Made by a program: the position numbers and the translations under genes. From positions 1 to 39,996 of IMG/VR virus record IMGVR_UViG_3300034523_000094: a stretch of 39,996 nt of DNA. One strand, written 5' to 3'. The notes below the pieces were generated by a model. The model made no database searches and was not told the DNA's origin. It saw only the letters and a list, made by a program, of their open reading frames with translations. Every line of letters starts with the position of its first letter. Positions within the stretch are counted from its first letter, which is position 1. This document shows, in pieces, positions 39,289 to 39,996 of this stretch. This DNA is from a virus.

Positions 39289-39813
39289 ATGACACCAAGC
39301 GAACAAGACAAGGCCCTCGAGGCACAGATCCTGGCCAAAGGCCTGACGGCCCCGCGCGTGCTGCCCGAGCAGATCGACGACCTGGTCAGCCAGCTGAGCT
39401 TCCACACCTATGTGATACCCGGCACCACCGTGACCGTGGCGGCCGCCATCGCCCCGGGCAACTTCGTGGTGGCGATTGGCAAGGCCGGCGCTGCAAGTGC
39501 TGAGAACTTCGACGAGATGGTCGGTCGCAATCGCGCGATCTCCCGGGCGAAGGATGTGGCCCGCGCGCAGTTGTGGGAGCTCGAAGGCTATCGCTTGAAG
39601 CGTAACCTGCTGGATCTGCAGGAGATCGGCGGCCTCGAGCAGATCCTCACTGTGGCGGCAGCCCTGCCGGCTGAGATGTCAGAGCATTGGCCGGCTGTCG
39701 CTGTTCCGTCCGTGGCGCTGCAGCGCGTGCGCTGCGAAAAGCCGGGGGCGTGCTCGTGCGCCATTGGCGTTCGCTGCAATGAAGCGATCAATACAGAAGG
39801 CGTCGTCTATTGA
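39289..39813 (+). CDS. Gp49-like (N4 gp49 / Sf6 gp66 family) protein with a Cys-rich C-terminal extension
   Basis: KGLTAPRV...YVIPGTTVTVAAAIAPGNFVVAIGKAGAASAENFDEMVGRNRAISRAKD..LWELEGYRL fits the remembered family pattern. Confidence 0.5.
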   Translation: MTPSEQDKALEAQILAKGLTAPRVLPEQIDDLVSQLSFHTYVIPGTTVTVAAAIAPGNFVVAIGKAGAASAENFDEMVGRNRAISRAKDVARAQLWELEGYRLKRNLLDLQEIGGLEQILTVAAALPAEMSEHWPAVAVPSVALQRVRCEKPGACSCAIGVRCNEAINTEGVVY

Positions 39814-39869
39814 TCTCGCCCCAGGTTGGTGCGCCACGGGTTTTAGGTACTCCCCCGGCCCCTCCCCCT

Positions 39870-39996
39870 TCACGGGTGTGAAACTCGCGGGCTTCGCGCG
39901 GGTTTGGATCCGCGAGTCGGGTCCGTTCTTCCTTTCTCGAGGCCCTGCCGGCCTGCTTCGCTCGGCTGACCCCGCAGCCAGTCACGGCGGGGCCTC
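39870..39996. repeat. Copy of bases 1..127 (contig-end overlap)
   Basis: Identical on direct reading. Confidence 0.9.

Overview
The window is an essentially complete, closed phage genome. The first 127 bp are identical to the last 127 bp, so the unique length is 39,869 bp. It is GC-rich, and AT-rich islands occur only in intergenic control regions.

Gene content indicates a temperate, contractile-tailed phage maintained as a linear plasmid-prophage ('telomere phage', the lifestyle of N15, VP882, VHML and phiHAP-1).

Plus-strand late genes:
- lambda-like packaging and head genes: Nu1-like and gpA-like terminase, a gpW-like protein, a lambda-family portal, and an HK97-type prohead protease and major capsid protein in one reading frame
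- a P2-like baseplate: gpV, gpW, gpJ and gpI
- a tail-fibre locus
- sheath, tube, a chaperone with a TTTTTTG -1 frameshift, tape measure, and gpU, gpX and gpD homologues
- a lysis cassette: holin, SAR endolysin, and Rz with an embedded Rz1

Plasmid and lysogeny genes:
- a minus-strand accessory operon
- a ParA plus small ribbon-helix-helix-like partition pair
- a perfect 72-bp palindrome next to a TelN-like protelomerase
- a 1285-aa N15 RepA-like replication protein
- a lambda CI-like repressor
- no integrase

The standout feature is a complete diversity-generating retroelement (DGR) inside the tail module. The 3' end of the tail-fibre gene carries a 103-bp variable repeat. Downstream lie an Avd-like gene, a 103-bp template repeat that differs from the variable repeat only at template adenines (12 sites), and a DGR-type reverse transcriptase.

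A second unexplained signal is a family of 8-bp-periodic GNNCAAAR arrays placed at five regulatory loci around the genome.

All functional calls come from reading the translations and the DNA by eye. No database search was run.
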